From contig NC_045696.1 in the NCBI RefSeq assembly GCF_009834535.1, positions 78,246,001 through 78,310,000 of the forward strand: DNA of 64,000 nt. Direction: 5' to 3'. The position numbers and the translations under genes are program-made. The notes below the pieces were generated by a model, which worked only from the letters and a program-made list of their open reading frames with translations, did no database searches and was not told the DNA's origin. Position 1 is the first letter of the stretch. Each line of letters starts with the position of its first letter. This document shows positions 62,831 to 64,000 of the stretch, in pieces. Source of the stretch: Camelus ferus. Its lineage: Eukaryota.

Positions 62831-63826
62831 CTACATATAGAAATGATAAAACCCTCCATTCTAATTTTTCTTAAATTAATTTACATAATAATTATTGCTG
62901 TATCCTCAGAATCACAGGTGTATTTTGCTAAATCTTGAACTAAACTTTAATAGGTCACTAGATATCAAAACTAATTGTTCTCACACATCATTCTCAGAAA
63001 CTGTGCCATGGTATTGCTTAGTAAAGTAAAGGAGTAAAATATGATTTATTTTATAATTTGCATCTATTCAGGTCAATTTTATTACGATCTTTTCAATGAT
63101 GATGAGGCTTTTCAATGACTCAGATCTACTGCCTGGGAAAGACTTAACAGAAAAATAAGCCAAGAGGCACTGCCTTCATATAGATGTTGCTTTCCTGAAG
63201 GTTTTACTTAGTTAAGTGCAAACACGCACAGTAGTCTTACACATAGCACTTAATTTGAATGCTAATGTTTCCAAACATAACACTAACTCATAGTAAAGAT
63301 CATCATGTGTCTATTCTCTCAAGTGAACAATAAGGCTTGTGCTCCACTGTTTCAAATCAATGTATTCTCAAGGACAGCCTTTATCACTTCTATCTCCAGA
63401 CAGAAGCATATTTTAATTGCTTATTCTCTTCTGTCTTCTTTTTCCTTCATCTGTCTTCTAGCTTTTTGTTATTTTGCATATAGGGTGATGAGTTTCAGAA
63501 TAGGAAGCAGGACATATCTGATTGTACTGAATGGCAGCTAATATTCTTATACAAAGTTTAAATAAAACATATGCTGGATAAGGAAAATTAAAATGGCTTT
63601 AAAGAATATACTTCCATAAACATAATTAAAGCTTCCAATTCTATTTTCTCCTATGTCTTTGAGCAACTAAGCTATTTCAGAGCCCACATATGGATGTCAA
63701 GAATGTGGCCAATATCTATCTTTTATGTACTACTTTCATAATTTTGACACATCAAGGTATTATCTGGATTATTAGTAATCTTACATATTTTACTAGACTC
63801 AACTTTAAAATTTAAATGTTTATTTT

Positions 63827-63924
63827 GTTTTGGTTTGTTTTGTTTTGATGGAGGTACTGGGGATTGAACCCAGGACCTTGTGCATGCTAAGCATGTGCTC
63901 TACTACTGAGCTATTACCCTCCCC
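63827..63924 (-). mobile_element. tRNA-Ala-derived SINE (camelid vic-1-like)
   Basis: Reverse strand gggagggtaatagctcagtagtagagcacatgcttagcatgcacaaggtcctgggttcaatccccagtacctcc plus an A-rich tail; A and B boxes present. TSD taaa(t/a)gtttatttt at 63813-63826 and 63927-63940. Confidence 0.85.
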
Positions 63925-64000
63925 ACTAAAAGTTTATTTTAAAAAGAAATTTTATATCATCACAGAAAATTGAAATTCATAGGTAACCAAAAAGAAATAC

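Larger units (their letters stand above)
1350..63573 (-). pseudogene. Unprocessed multi-exon pseudogene of a divergent axonemal dynein heavy chain (tail through start of AAA4); probably extends beyond both window ends
   Basis: Collinear minus-strand exon-like segments whose disrupted translations follow dynein heavy chain motif order. Examples: SPF..LRSLSKL..NWACL; GNFGEKI..LKEWT; SDYKWTSYLSYY..GNSF; NGKECQVKDFCSN*G; LLPKML; WIPADG; PLEL; HLLVGVE. Many in-frame stops and frameshifts. By-eye comparison only. Confidence 0.75.

Noticed and set aside
1350..63573. Naming the fossil DNAH14, DNAH6 or DNHD1
   Set aside because: Similarity is only at motif level, far below what a mammalian orthologue would show; no gene symbol can be supported without a search.
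63850..63924. Functional tRNA-Ala gene
   Set aside because: A-rich tail and TSD show it is a retroposed SINE copy.

Overview
AT-rich mammalian genomic DNA, very likely camelid: it has a tRNA-Ala-type SINE resembling camelid vic-1 and three related L1 3' ends. No intact protein-coding gene is visible, and the long ORFs in the track are spurious, repeat-derived or fossil fragments. The main signal is on the minus strand: about 25 exon-like segments, many with AG/GT boundaries, spanning ~63.5 kb to ~1.3 kb. Their stop- and frameshift-ridden translations match, in the correct order, successive parts of an axonemal dynein heavy chain: N-terminal tail, DHC_N2/linker, AAA1, AAA2, AAA3 and the start of AAA4. 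I interpret this as an old, intron-containing, unprocessed pseudogene of a divergent DNAH6/DNAH14/DNHD1-like dynein. A small CpG-island promoter with a minus-strand GTGAGT donor lies inside it (~53.1-53.4 kb) and could drive a lncRNA that reuses the fossil exons. The rest is the usual mammalian repeat landscape (L1, L2, MIR, MaLR/ERVL/ERV1 LTRs, hAT and Tigger MITEs, tandem repeats). All protein similarities were judged by eye against remembered dynein consensus motifs. No database search was run, and repeat subfamily names and boundaries are approximate.
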